From Magallana gigas (lineage: Eukaryota): DNA of 64,000 bases. Below the pieces are notes generated by a model. The model had not been told where the DNA came from and ran no database searches. It saw only the letters and a program-made list of their open reading frames with translations. The stretch is from NCBI RefSeq assembly GCF_963853765.1, contig NC_088857.1:19902001-19966000 (forward strand), read 5' to 3'. The position numbers were made by a program, and so were the translations under genes. This document shows positions 1-13,500 of this stretch, piece after piece (position 1 is the first letter of the stretch; each line of letters begins with the position of its first letter).

Positions 1-2505
1 TTTCGAAGCATGGAAGCAGAACTTGCAGTATACTCTGTCTCTGGATTCTAACTTTGCAATATGATGCGCAAGACGTACCAGAAAATTCACGAAGAACAGC
101 CGCACAAAAAGTAGCACATCTGGAACTTATGCTTGGGCAAATTGCTAACTACTGTCCCATTACCTCCACTATGGTACTATTGTAAAGAACTCTACATCTA
201 TTGAATCTATTTGGCAAGCAATACGTACTCACTTTGGGTTCCAGTCAACTGGCGCACATTTCTTAGACTTGGATAACATCCACTTAGAACCGGGAGAACG
301 ACCAGAAGACTTATTTCAAAAACTGACCAGCTTCATTGAGAACAACCTACTCCAACGTGGAGGAGGTATAAGTCACATGGGTGCACTTCCGGAAGCAGAT
401 GAAAAGTTATCCCCCTCCCTCGAGAACCTCATCACATTAACAGGGCTCCGCCTACTGAACAAGGACTTAGCTGCCCTGGTGAAACAAAGGTATGGTCCTG
501 AGCTAAGATCCAAAACGCTAGCCAGCTTAAAACCCGAAATATCTCAAGCTCTAGACAGCCTACTTGATGAAAGTCGTATAAACAATGATGCCAAGGTCCT
601 TCGAACAGCGTTTAAAAACTAAACAAACCACCTACCACAACACAGAGGCATCAAAACTTTCGCACCTAAAACAACAAGATATGCCCATTGTGCAGACAAG
701 CTGGACGACCTCGTCATGATCACTTCCTGGGCACTTGCAAATTTTTACCACAAGAAGACAAAACATTTATGAGCCGAGCTAGACCTTGATGTTGACTTTC
801 TCGCAGGTATTCCATTTCTCTCTGCTAATGATATCAGTATCCGTCCAGCACTCCATGAAATAATGATTGGGGACTCCCATGTAATTTACTATTACACCCA
901 TGACAGACACCAACAGCACCACAATCGACGGGCTCATGCTTATGTTCAGAAGTCACCGTCCACTACAGTGTGGCCAGGATCACACCTTGAGCTAGATGTA
1001 CCGTAACACATCCCAGCGGAAGGCACTGCAGCTGTTGAACCTCGTACTGAATCCCGCTACGCACACAATATGTGGCCTAAACCTGAAATAATAGATGTAG
1101 TGGATGGAAAAACATGCATTGTGAACAATACAGAAGAACCTAAACAACTCAAGAAAAATGAACACTTCTGTCAAATTCTTCCTACTATACTTGCATCAAA
1201 AACATCACCGATGATTTACCAAAATCTGCGCTTTGTCACAACCAACAAAAACATTACAAGGGTGCAATTGCAAACACTGTCATTCCGACTCTGTTAAAAT
1301 CAATCAGGACCAAATTCTTAACCTCGATACTCAACAACAGTTCCAAAGAGCCCTTCTGACACACGACTCTCTATTCGACCCTCACTTCAGTGGTTATAAC
1401 GGTAAGGTGGGAACATTTAACATGAAGATTAACATGGGACCTACACAACCCCCTCAGAGAAGGGGTCGCCTCCCACAATATTTCAAAGACAAACTACATA
1501 TTCTGCAAGACAAGTGCAATGAATTAGAGGCCCTTGGAGTCCTGAGAAAACCAGAAGAAATAAACATTACTGTGGAATACCTAAATCCGTCCTTTCTGGT
1601 TTCTAAACCAAATGGTGGACATCGACTGGTTACTGCCTTCGAAGACGCTGGGCGCTATTCAAAACCCCAACCATTCCTAATGCCTGACTCTACCCTACGC
1701 ACCATTAGTCAGTGGAAATATCTTATAGTGACAGACTTAACAAGTGCATTCTATCAGATCCCATTGGCCAGAGAATCAATGCGTTATTGCGGCATTGTTA
1801 CCCCTTATAAAGGTGTACGTGTTTACACCCGGTGTGCAATTGGGATGCCAGGCTCAGAAACCGCCTTAGAAGAACTCGTGTGCAAGGTCTTAGGAGACCA
1901 TCTTCAGGCGGGATTTGTTTCGAAGTTAGCAGATGATTTAAACTGCGGAGGAAACACCCCAGAGGAACTTTTACAAAACTGGATCAGTGTAATGATAGCC
2001 CTCAATGATTGTGGACTTACGTTATCGGCAGGAAAAACAATCATTTGCCCACGCTCAACGACCATGTTAGGATGGATTTGGACACAGGGGCGTCTTTCTG
2101 CAAGCCTCACAAAGTCTCAGTCCTATCCACATGCAAACTTCCAGACACTGTCCATGGCTTGCGCTCATTTATTGGGGCCTACAAGATGTTATCCCGCGTC
2201 CTACCAAGCTGTGCACCTCTCGAAAGTGCCGTCAGTGGCCTTCAGTCAAGGGACAAAATCAAGTGGTCAGAAGAGCTGATTGAGAACTTTAACACAGCCC
2301 AATGACAACTTAAAGACTCCAAAGAAATCTACCTTCCAAGGAGAGTTGACCATTTGTGGATTATCACTGATGGGTCCGTCAGCAAATGGAGCGACTCTAT
2401 ACATAATGCGTGATGACAAAATCCGTCTCGCTGGATTCTTCAGTGTCAAATTACGAAAGCATCAAGTAACATGGCTCCCATGCGAAATTGAAGCATTGTG
2501 TATAT
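1..2505 (+). pseudogene. Decayed Ty3/Gypsy-type LTR retrotransposon gag-pol remnant (gag, linker, RT, start of RNase H), with frameshifts and stops
   Basis: ORF pieces 269-622 (gag-like), 1233-2279 (RT motifs [50 protein letters not shown] as degenerate YADD), 2009-2305 ([10 protein letters not shown] connection) and 2280-2505 ([24 protein letters not shown], RNase H) lie in different frames. The element begins before the window; no integrase or 3' LTR follows. Confidence 0.9.
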
Positions 2506-3591
2506 CTGGTGATTATATAGGAATCACCTTGTCCGTCCGTCTGTCTGTTCAATTCGTGTCCGGTCCATATCTTTCCTACAGAGAAACATTGGAAGTTCTC
2601 ACTTCACACAAAGATTGCTTATGACCTAAGGGTGTGTTATGACCTTGACCCAAGGTCAAGGTCACTGGCAGAAAAAGTGCAAAATTCGTGTCCGGTCCAT
2701 ATCTTTTTAATGGAAAAACATTGGAAGACCTTACTTCACACAAAGATTCCTTATGACCTAAGGGTGTGTCATGACCTTGACCAAGGTCTTTTGGTCAAGG
2801 TCACTGGAAGAAAAAGTGCAAAATTCGTGTCTGGTCCATATATTTTTAATGGAAAAACATTGAACGTTTTTACTTCACACAAAGATTCCTTATGACCTTA
2901 GGGTGTGTCATGACCTTTACCTAAGGTCATTTGGGCAAGGTCATGGTCACTGGCAGAAAAAAAAGCAAATTTCGTGTCCGGTCCATATCTTTTTAATGGA
3001 AAAACATTGGAAGTTCTTACTTCACACAAAGATTCCTTATGACCTAAGGGTGTGTCATGACCTTGACCAACGTCATTTGGGCAAGGTCAAGGTCACTGGC
3101 AGAAAGAGTGCTAAATTCGTGTCTGGTCCATATCTTTCTTATGGAGAAACCTTGGTAGTTCTTAATTCACATTAAGATTGCTTATAACCTGAGGGTGTGT
3201 CATGACCTTGACCCAAGGTCAATTGAGGAAGTTCAATGTCATTGTTTTAAAAAAATTGGGCTCAGTATACCAATAATCCAAAATGTTTATATATTAAATG
3301 GCTGCTTGACATGTGGAATTTTGTTTGATACGAGTCATGTCTGTTAACATAAGGATGCAAATGTCCTCGTGCATTAACAGACAACTTGAACTAAAATGCA
3401 ATTTAAAGAATAGATATTATTTGTGTACTCATATTAGCATTAACAGTTTCAAAAAAATAGAGCAGTTGTTATTTATAAAAAATGGACGGTGAAATAGATT
3501 CATCCAATATTTTCTATAATAGAAAAAATACGAGTTATGATTTTTTCTTAGCGGGGGGTATCAATTGTGAGCTTGCTCACAGTACCTCTAG
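2506..3591 (+). mobile_element. Non-autonomous Helentron/HINE-like element with central tandem repeat array
   Basis: 5' hairpin GGTGATT..AATCACC then GTCC/GTCT microsatellite; ~4.6 copies of a 132-146 bp unit (AATTCGTGTCCGGTCCATATC anchors at ~2551, 2683, 2822, 2968, 3114); 3' GCGGGGGGTAT, hairpin TGTGAGC-TT-GCTCACA and CTAG|TT end at 3588-3591. ORFs 2632-2895 and 2903-3175 are repeat artefacts. Confidence 0.8.
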
Positions 3592-4611
3592 TTAAACTTT
3601 TGATAATCGGTCGAAAACCATGCGTGTATAGTGTTATTGAACTGAAAGTAGATTAAAACACTAATTTTGTATGATTATCATTAATATGTCTTATTATAAA
3701 ATATACTTCTGTAAATGGAATATTCTACCTTATTTGTATAATCTTTTGAGTATTAATACATGAAATTAAGGCCGATATATACGCACTTATTTTTCCTGTA
3801 AGTTGTCCGCGTTGTAATCGCGGTCTTGCATTATCCCTTTTCGGCATGCATTATACGGACTTGGAAGTGTATCTGTGTGCGAAAGACGCATGAGTAGTAT
3901 GTCAATATATTATCATGCGTAGTAATCTATGAGAGTCCAAAAGTGGATTTTTTAACAATTTACACTTATGTCTTTTCTTTAAAAAATCATTAAAATTTTT
4001 GAAGATGCAAGCGTTGACAGGTATATTTCTATCACTAGCAAAGATGGTAAAAGGTTACCTTCACTGTACGGATCATACAAGTCATAGCAGAATTGTATGA
4101 AAAATCCTTGTTCGGAGCATTATTATCTTCTCTCCCCTTGGTCCAATCTGACTCATATTTCACTCAAAGACTGCCCATGGCCAAAGGGTTTGCAGTGATC
4201 TTGAATGAAATTTCAGGTCAAGGCTCAATGTCATATTGAATCACACAAAAACCCTCTTTAGGATCATAATACTCTTCACGGAGACAAATTTGGCTCATTC
4301 TTTACATAAACAGAGTTTATTGGTTAATGATATACATTGACTTTGATCCAAGTCAATGTAAAGGTCATAGCAGATCTCTTTATAATAGATGTTCGACTTC
4401 AGATAATTTCTAATTTGATTATTCTCTGTTCTGAAAGTCAAATCGTGTCCAAGTTTCTTAAATTGCGGAATGGGCACGGAACAATGACCTAACACGGAAC
4501 AAAACACATTTGATTTGCTTTCTATGAAATGTAGTCGAATGCTATGTAAGCGTCACAAGATTAAGGGTATTTTCTAAGGAATATTAAGATAAAATTCTTT
4601 TCAATTTATTT

Positions 4612-5170
4612 TTAACCGGGTTTTCCAACGGAAAAATCCGGTTATTGAAATGGTGAAAATAGCGGGTAGGCGGGCGGTTGGCTGCCAAAAGGGTAGCCTC
4701 AGTTTTCGGATAAGTCCCCCTACAGTTTTCAAGATAGGAACTTGTTCTTCTGCAGATTAATTGTACATATATATATTAGAGGTGTGCATATTGCTAGGAT
4801 TTTGATTTCTGATAATTTATAAAAAAAAAAAAAAAAAATACCAGCTTTTGAAATTACTCATTTTTCGGCAAAATATGCCATATAGTACACCCTCATTGTA
4901 CGGATAACTCCAATTACAGTTTTTAAGATAAGAAGTTGTTCTTTTGCAGATAAATTGTACATGTATCAGAGGTGTGCATATTGCTAGGATTTTTATTTCT
5001 GATAATTTATGAACAAAATACCATTTGAACTTTTTGGCAAAATATTACATATAGGGTACTCCATTTAACTGGATACGGTAGGTAGTGTTTATCAACTCAT
5101 AGTTGACATGGATTATGGATACAGTTCATATAAAACACCCCTGCGAATGTTATTGTCATTTAAATTCTAG
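4612..5170 (+). mobile_element. Second HINE-like repeat element with two ~170-bp internal repeats
   Basis: Starts TTTTTAACCGGGTTTTCC..GAAAAATCCGGTTA (hairpin) plus a GGCG microsatellite; the block TACAGTTTT..AGAGGTGTGCATATTGCTAGGATTTT..TTTCTGATAATTTAT occurs at ~4720-4820 and ~4915-5010. 3' boundary approximate. Confidence 0.55.
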
Positions 5171-5580
5171 ACCGCGTGGTTTTATTTGACCCTTTCAGTT
5201 TCGCAGTAAAATCGTGCCTCGTGTTTATAGTCTATTTTAGAGAATTTAGGTACTTGTAGTCGAATATAAATTCTAGATGTTTATTGATTTTAAACTTTAT
5301 CTTCATTAATTGATGGATAAAATGTGTTCTAGAAATAAATGTGACAATACAAAAAAAGTTTTGTTCAGCTGTTGCGAAAATTAACATGCGTAGTAGAGAT
5401 CCCCTCTAAGAATTAATTTTCGATCCGCGCCTGACCTAGTAATAACATCAATAGTGAAACAGACTATACTGTTTTATGCACAATGTTCCTTGAAAATGGC
5501 TCTATATACTAAGTTTCTATGCAAAACATTCATCTTTTTTTTTAAATGGTATTGCACACCACAAGCATCAAACATGGCTA

Positions 5581-5642
5581 TGATTTTATTAAAGCAACCC
5601 AATGTTTATTAATATAAACATTGGGTTGCTTTAATAAAATCA
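5581..5642. repeat. Perfect 29-bp inverted repeat with 4-nt loop
   Basis: TGATTTTATTAAAGCAACCCAATGTTTAT-TAAT-ATAAACATTGGGTTGCTTTAATAAAATCA. Confidence 0.95.
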
Positions 5643-7526
5643 ACTACTCTACACGTGGTTGAACACGAACGATAACTCTGTTCTGAATATCATCGTTTAA
5701 TTTATAAAAACCGCTAGATGGTGAAATAAGACATACATCTTAAAAGATGTTGATGTTTTAACATAATCAAAGTAGAATATAATATGAAAAACGACCAGTA
5801 CTTACGTATTTTGAGAATATTATCCAAACACTTATACTTCCGCTCGAAATTTCACATGAACTGAACAAATCTCGGTGAAGTCTCGTGAACTTTCATTCGA
5901 GCACCTCTAGATTTATTTCATACTTAGCAACGATAAAGAAAACATTCCGAACACATTCGCAGGGGTGTAAAAGTGTTGCTGTCAATGTCAATTGTTTAAA
6001 AAAGAAAATGTTACAAACTTATAATCATGTAATGCAATTATGCATACTTATATTTTATGAGTTAAATGTAAGGTGAATGTGACGTTAACATTAATTTATT
6101 TAAAAAAGACGTACAGTTCAATTAAATCAACGAGTTCTCGATTAAGCCTCCGATTAATCGACTTGTTTCTACGAGTTAAATTGACAGCCCTGTATTGAAA
6201 AGAATTTATTTGGATAGAGCTTTTAAATGGTATCTCAGTTATTAGCTTTACCAAACATGTTATTATGAGAATATCTATAGCTAGAGAATAACATCCCTTT
6301 TTTATTGCATTTGTTCGGGATAAAGGTATTAAGAAGCATGAAAATAATTCAGTTTTGGAATCCATAATGCTAATAATTAATTAAGCTATTGCTAGACACT
6401 ATTGTTAGACAATATAAATAGTTTGCAAATAATTAAATACATCTAGTTAGAAATATGCATGGGTCTTTGTTACACATTATCGCCCAGGTAAGCGATGTGG
6501 TTTAAGGACAAGCTCTCTTGCAAATTATAAAATCACGAACATAACCACAGTTAAAAGTTCATGCTCGAACTGTGTTTTAGTTTATGAACAAATAGATCAA
6601 AGCGTATTTATTTACTAGATATGTTTTCTAGTTTTTCTCTACGTAATTATAAATAATAATTTATGTAATATGACAAGTCTATCAAAAACACTTAAGCTCA
6701 GCTAGCATAACACTTCTCGTTAAATAATCTTGACATGTGTATGTTAATTTTTATGACGCACGATAGGAAGAAGTCACGGACTTTATCGCGAGGGTAATTA
6801 TATAAATTATTATATTAAAACAGTTCCGCTCTGCATTTGTGAATGATTGTACCCTGTCATATATCCAAATATGTTTTATCTCTGAGGCATACTGTATGCC
6901 ATTATTCTTAAAAGTCAGATTAATTATAAATCACTGGGATATATTTTTACGATAACTAGGAAATTTCGATAGTGTTGATTTAATTAGATTAAGAATGCAA
7001 TTTTCACATATTGGTCAATTCTCTAGTTAATATTAACAAATATAAAAAATATATACGATGTGCTTAAATCAGTATAGGAATACAGAAAGAAAGGGAATAA
7101 ATTTATAAATTTTCAAAATCATTTTATTTCACTTTATTGTTATGTGTACGAATGAAAATAAACTACTGAAAAAAAAATACAAAGGTTTGGAAACATTGGT
7201 CCATCTCTTGCCAGTTAAATAAATTTACATTTTTTATGAACAAAAAAATAGAACAAACAACTCAATGAAAGTACAAAAGTATTTGAATACAATAATGATG
7301 ACGATCGTTTGCATGTATAATTACTTACTTCCAAAACATAAGTCCATTTATATAATAATATTCGAATACATTTGGTCCCGTCGTAAGGCGATGTCACGTG
7401 ACCATAGAAATTAACAATTTAGTCTTGTTAGAGTTCCACTCACGTTTAATAATATACAGGTAACAGTGAGGCAGTGTACGGTTATTATAGGCAGGACACA
7501 CCACGGAGACGGGCGTACAACACAAC

Positions 7527-10500
7527 ATGAAGCGTCTGAGGATTTTAAAACTTTCGTTGGCTCTATGTCTTTTGATAGACAATTGCATTTTTGCCGTGAA
7601 CGGGGTAAATATTTCTATTTATTTTATTTTTATTTTTTATGGATATGGGTTATTACGAATAAAAAAGGAAATTTTTTAAGAGTTACGTTGATAAAATTTA
7701 CTTTATTCGGAAAGTTTGTAAAAGATGTAAAACTTTCGAATATTTAAGAGAATTGTTTTAGATTATTTTTTCGAAAGTCTCATTTTTTGCGGTTATATAT
7801 CTTTTTCACAATTACCGAGAAATAAAGTGAGTAAAAGATATAAACATTACTTATATGTTTATCCTAGTTATTTCAATTTCGTCCTACTTAGATTTTTTAA
7901 TATTAAGAATACAAAGTATCAATATTGATTTGAAAATTGATCAAGAAAATATGTAAGTGAAAAAAAACAATTTTTTGTTTCAAAATTTCAAGTACAATGG
8001 ATATTTCGTAGAGTATTATTAATTGATAAAAACATAAATTTAAAAAAACAAATAACTCATTCATGACAAAAGCGTGAACATGTAAATGGGCATTAACGCT
8101 GTTTTTCTTGTCATACACGGAAATACACGAAATTCGTACCGCAGGGTCGCCATGTCTTACAAGCGCCCCACAGATAACGATGCTATTATTGTAATCTAAG
8201 TAGTGGCTCCTTCATTAAGTTGGCCTTTCACACGAACAATAAATATCATTAACTTTTCGTATTGAACTGAATATTAATGGAATTCTTTTGCACCGGCAGG
8301 TGACTTTTAGATCAGCACTCCGCGGTTTTGAAGGTGTATCCTGATTAATAAATTTCCATAATTAAGCAAAAAGTAATAATGAGAAATTGCAGTGGGTAAA
8401 AGAACACGATTTTTGTCTTGGCAAAAGAGCCGTTATATTAATGTATTACATGTACGTATATCTCTTACGTATATCTCATATATCGTCAAAGTCAAATTAA
8501 TTAAATCTGTCATGGTTTGTGACGTTCAGTTATAAACAGTAACTTTCGGAATGTAGCACCAGAAACTCTTTGTTTGATTGATAATTAAGTATTAAGTATT
8601 AGCTACAGTAACTCTGTATTTCAGGTTAGTTACAACTTATGATAATGATGAAAAATGATGTTTGAATAAATACTGATAACTCTTCTTAAATCATTTCTCT
8701 CTTTATATCTTGCGTGATTTATTGAAAACAAAAATAAATGAAAATTTATTTATCTTCTTCAATAAATTGGTTTCTGGAAATATTTTCTTATGCAATTAAG
8801 AATGAACAATTTTTTAATATTTAAACAAAATAAAAAATGCTTAAAAAGTAGAATAGTATTAAAGTTTTTATGAGATTCAACTCATAATGGAAAACGAGCT
8901 AGGGAGAAACGATAAAAAAAAAACCCACACATTGCAATTTTGGTGAGTTGTGTTGTTTTGTTTTTAATTTTATTTTTTGAAGGAGAGGGCTCAATTCTAG
9001 TAGTTTTATCCGGTTTAACATGTAAGGTAAATAGACCTATTAGAAAGTTTGAGAAAGAAGAATATTTGGCTATGTAAATGAAGGGGAATACACTGCCCAC
9101 AGATGATGCGCAAAAATTAATTAAACAATTCAGTCATGATGGTATTTACCATAATCTGACAAGTCACACACGGTAAAGCCATCAGATTTGACATCGATTC
9201 AATTAGCTTAAATTTTCTTTCGACATAATATCTATCAAAATAGATATTAACTGTCAGATTAAATATATATTGTCTCTTTGGGGAAAATTGCTATTGCGAT
9301 CAGCTATATGCTTGTGGTTTATGCTTGGATACTATACATACGATTTAGTTGATTTCTGGTTTTACAAGACAAGGGTTTTTTTTTTACGTAGTGGTTTCTT
9401 TAACCATAACTTTTATTACATATATTGTAAGTTTTCAATAGGTCTTTATAACAGAACAACGGTACCTATAGCCTTTGTCTCAGACACAAATCTGCAATTC
9501 AAATCAAGTCTAGTAATGAAAGTTAGTGTGTAAATTTAAAAAGAAAAAAAATCAGAATTATCTTGAACTCATGTGCTTGGAAATTTAGACACACCTTTCT
9601 TTTGCAAAACGTATGTAAATTGTTAAATGGCATATTAATCAAAATGAAAGCTTCACTGTAGACAGTAAGAAAACTGTATATGAATTCGCTGTGACATCTT
9701 CGTGCGCGCATTGCACGAAGGTTATCTATTTTTACTCATTAACAAACTTTTTTCTCGGAGATCCAGCTATAAAAATAAATCTGTAATTTGTTTTTTTATC
9801 TAATTCATTTTTAAAGGGTGTTTCATGTTATATTACATATTAGATCTACACTGACATTTTGGATTTGATTTGTTAGCTATAACGTTTTATAAGGGAAAAG
9901 ATTCTTAATATTTAAGCTTTGAATTTTGAATGTATTTCTATATTTTCTATATTTTTTTTCCTTTTAAGATAGTTTTGAAAAAATTTCCCCTTTCATTTAA
10001 TTTACTACATGTATTATCAATTAAGCCAGTTTTAATAAAAATAAACAACCTTATTCTGTGGAAAAAACAGGTCTGATTATGTCTTATACTGTAGACTCAA
10101 ATAAATATTTGATTTATTTTAAAAGGATTTTCTTAATAGTCTCTAAATTCAGGAAGAAATACGCAGACTTAACAGGAGATAAATATTAACCAAATATACG
10201 CTTTTTAGGGTCATTCCCTTTGACAAGTCCTCAATAAATCGGTACAGATATTCTCTCAAGCATTACCTACCTAATATGAAGCAGAAGGACGTAGTCACTC
10301 AAAATACTTCTTCATGTCTTTCAGCAAACGTTTAAAACTGGCGGAACAAGGAAAACCTTTTCGTTCCGGACAAATGCTAATACCGGTGTGAGTTGGAAAC
10401 GACCAACAGGCACAGGCGGCACAATCCCAAACAGAGGACAAGTGCAAACGGTACAGCTGCCAAAGACAGTACAAAAACCAACGGTGAGCTTCCCACAGAC

Positions 10501-13500
10501 CGTTCAACAGCAGCCAAATCAAAATACACAGCAAAATGTAAGCTCTTTGTTCCTAAATGTCGCTTGTGTGTGTGTGTGTGTGTGGGATTAACAATTGATT
10601 GGTTGTAAACCTTAAACATCCTGTGTAACTTGTTGCAAAGGGGATACAGTAACACTTACTATGTGTATTCATGTGCTTGGGTTGCAAAGCAATTAAGCTA
10701 ACAAACTTTGTGGTCAACTTGAAGATTTGAAGACATCCTCAAGTTTCAACATTATTTTACTATGTAGATTTCTCGTGCTTTTTAATAATTTAAACCTTAT
10801 TATATTTCAACTTATCGGTAGAATTTACAATTTCTTGAAAGTTCTGATATTTCATATTATAAAGTACAATTGTTTTCGTTATTACTACCTGTATTTAATC
10901 CAAATTAATGTTCCAATTAATAAAATACTCAAATGAACAATCTCTTCATTCACTGCATAAACAATTAACGTTGTTCAAGGTAGAACCAAATTTCTAAGTA
11001 TTTTACTTTGAGAGAAGATCTAGGCTTGGTGGTGCTATAATTGCTTTATTAATATTTTGTTTTGAAAAGGATGACAAGTTTGATTACACTTGTTTTTTTG
11101 CTTTGGCAGAATCAAGGCGGTTTTGGATTTGGAGCAGACCCACAGCCCAAACAAGATCAATGGCAACAACAGCAATATCAAAACCCACAACAACCAAGTG
11201 TTCAATATCCACCGCAAGTAAGCACAGGTCAGCAACCAAACCAAGGATGGCAGCCACCACAACAAAATCAAATTCCTCAACAGCAACCTCTACAACCTGA
11301 GCCACAAAATACTCAAACACGTCAACAACAGTCTTGGCAACAGCAAGAGCCACAAGGAAATAGTCAACAGCAATGGCAACAACCGGAGCCACAACTTCAA
11401 CAGTCTCAGACCTTTCCGGCTAGAAACCAACAAGGAAATGGTCAACAATCTTGGCAACAACCCGAGCCACAGCAACCAGAACCACAGCAACAACCGTGGC
11501 AACAATCTCAGGGTAATCAGATATCTCCACAAGTCGTACAAACCAGGCCAGAACAAAATCAACCGCAATGGCCTCAAAATAATCAGCAAACACAGAATTT
11601 CCAACCACAACCCGCACAGCAAAGTTGGAATCAAGGGCCAAGTCAAAACCCAGAACCACAGTACCCACCACAGTTCCAACCTCCAGGTACACAACAAGAA
11701 CAGCCACAAAATCAGTGGTATCCTCCAACACAACAAAACTCTGAACCTCAAGTTAACACACAGGTTCGGAGACCTTCACCACAGGGTTGGGTTCAATCTC
11801 AGCCTCAAGAACCACAGGTTCAGCCTCCGCAACAACAACAATGGCAGCCTCAACCACCACAGCAACCACAACCACCACAGCAACAACAACCGCCACAACA
11901 GCAGACACACCAATGGAATCATCACCAAAACCAACAGCCCAATCCAACGCAACAATCTCAATGGCAACCTCCTGTGGAACAACCAGCGCCAAACCAGTGG
12001 CCGCAAACACAACAGCAACAAGGTATTATAGATAGATTTACATTTGAAACTAAACATCAAGAACTTGAATATAGGGTATTTTTAAAATTAAAAGTTTAAG
12101 TTTAAGACTGTGAACCTCAACTTTATGAACTGTTAAGTTCAAACCCTTTATATAGACTCGTTTTGGCACGGTTTGAATTATGTATGTTTACAAAAGATTA
12201 AACTTTTCAATTTGGTATTCAACGATGGTTTTGTGACTATAAATCACAAAACGAAAGGAGGAGTATCAGTTTTGGAAAGAATATGACATTTTAGGTTTTT
12301 TCTTTTTAACGCAAAAGTTTACATAATAAGGTTGCCATGAAATAACGATATTTTATCAAAAATATGTCATTGCTAAATCATAAAACAAACAATACCTTGC
12401 TTGACACATTAGGACCATATCCACAACAACCATCACCACCACTCAATAACCAAGTCCAAGGTGGTCTCCCTGAAAAGTTGCAAATTGGAACAACAACTCC
12501 GCCAGGTGCTTTGTTTGCAGACCTGATTCAGAACCAAAACCCCCAACAAAACCAAGCCTACCAGCCCCCGCAACAAACTGGTTTTCAATCCCACCAGCAA
12601 CCTCATCAGCAACGGCAACAACAGCAGTCCCCACCTTATCCTGGTGTACAAGTACAACCACCAGTGCAAGTGCACTCCAATCCATTTGCGGGCAGACCAG
12701 GTGCCGTTCCTCACTCTCCCCAGGTACCCCAACCCAGTGTACCTGTGGCCCCACCTAAGCCTATCTTCGCAGGCAGACCTGAGCCAATTACCCCTGCCCC
12801 ACCGCAAGCTTCCTGGACGACACCCGCTATCGTGTATCGGCCAACAACCCCTGCCTACGTGCCACCGACCCCAGGTTATACTTTGTGTAAAGCTGTCGTT
12901 TGCGACACCTAAAAAACCAAACACACCTGCTTTTCAAACTATGCACGATATAATCAGTACTCTCCTATCCATGTCCTGTTCGTTGCTGTGAAGTAATATC
13001 TACCTGCACATGTTCAGTAGCTCTATTGTTAACACTATTTAATTGCACAAGCTGATTAACACAGCAATTTACCAATTTTCCAGCTTTCAATAATATTATT
13101 GAATTTAAAACGGCTATGTGCAGATCAAAGTGTTCCATACATGTAAAGAACATTTGCTATGGTAATAAAATATGTATTTGGTGTATTTGTTTGCATTAAT
13201 ATGTTATTGTCATATATTTCACTTTCAGTGTCTTTCTAACTGCACCTTTAATGTTTTATATAACTATATTACGAGTACTTGTCAGATATCGAAATATTCC
13301 TAGTATGTCGATCATATTATTTTAAACAAAGTTAAGAAAAAAACTTTTTCAGATTGTTTTCCAAAATTATGTATTACCAACGGAAATTTATGGTTGTATA
13401 AACAATATTTTGACTATGGCTTAACCTTTGACCTGTCATCTTTCACCAGCTCCAGTTGTGACGACCCCAGCACCTCCAGTTTCCTCCACTGTTGCAGGAG

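Noticed and set aside
2632-3175. ORFs of 87-90 aa with repeated peptide blocks
   Set aside because: Translations of the HINE tandem repeat array.
2551-3230. CRISPR-like array
   Set aside because: Eukaryotic context; units are wholly repeated ~140-bp monomers with no unique spacers and no cas genes.
11062-11109. ORF-track N-terminus MKRMTSLITLVFLLW as a signal peptide of a stand-alone gene
   Set aside because: It is the polypyrimidine tract of the acceptor at 11109; phase-matched upstream exons (7527-7604, 10325-10537) give a better model. An alternative start here cannot be fully excluded.
11035-12924. Many long antisense and alternative-frame ORFs over the Q/P-rich exons
   Set aside because: Expected by-product of CAA/CAG/CCA-rich low-complexity coding sequence, which lacks stop codons in other frames; no splice or start context.
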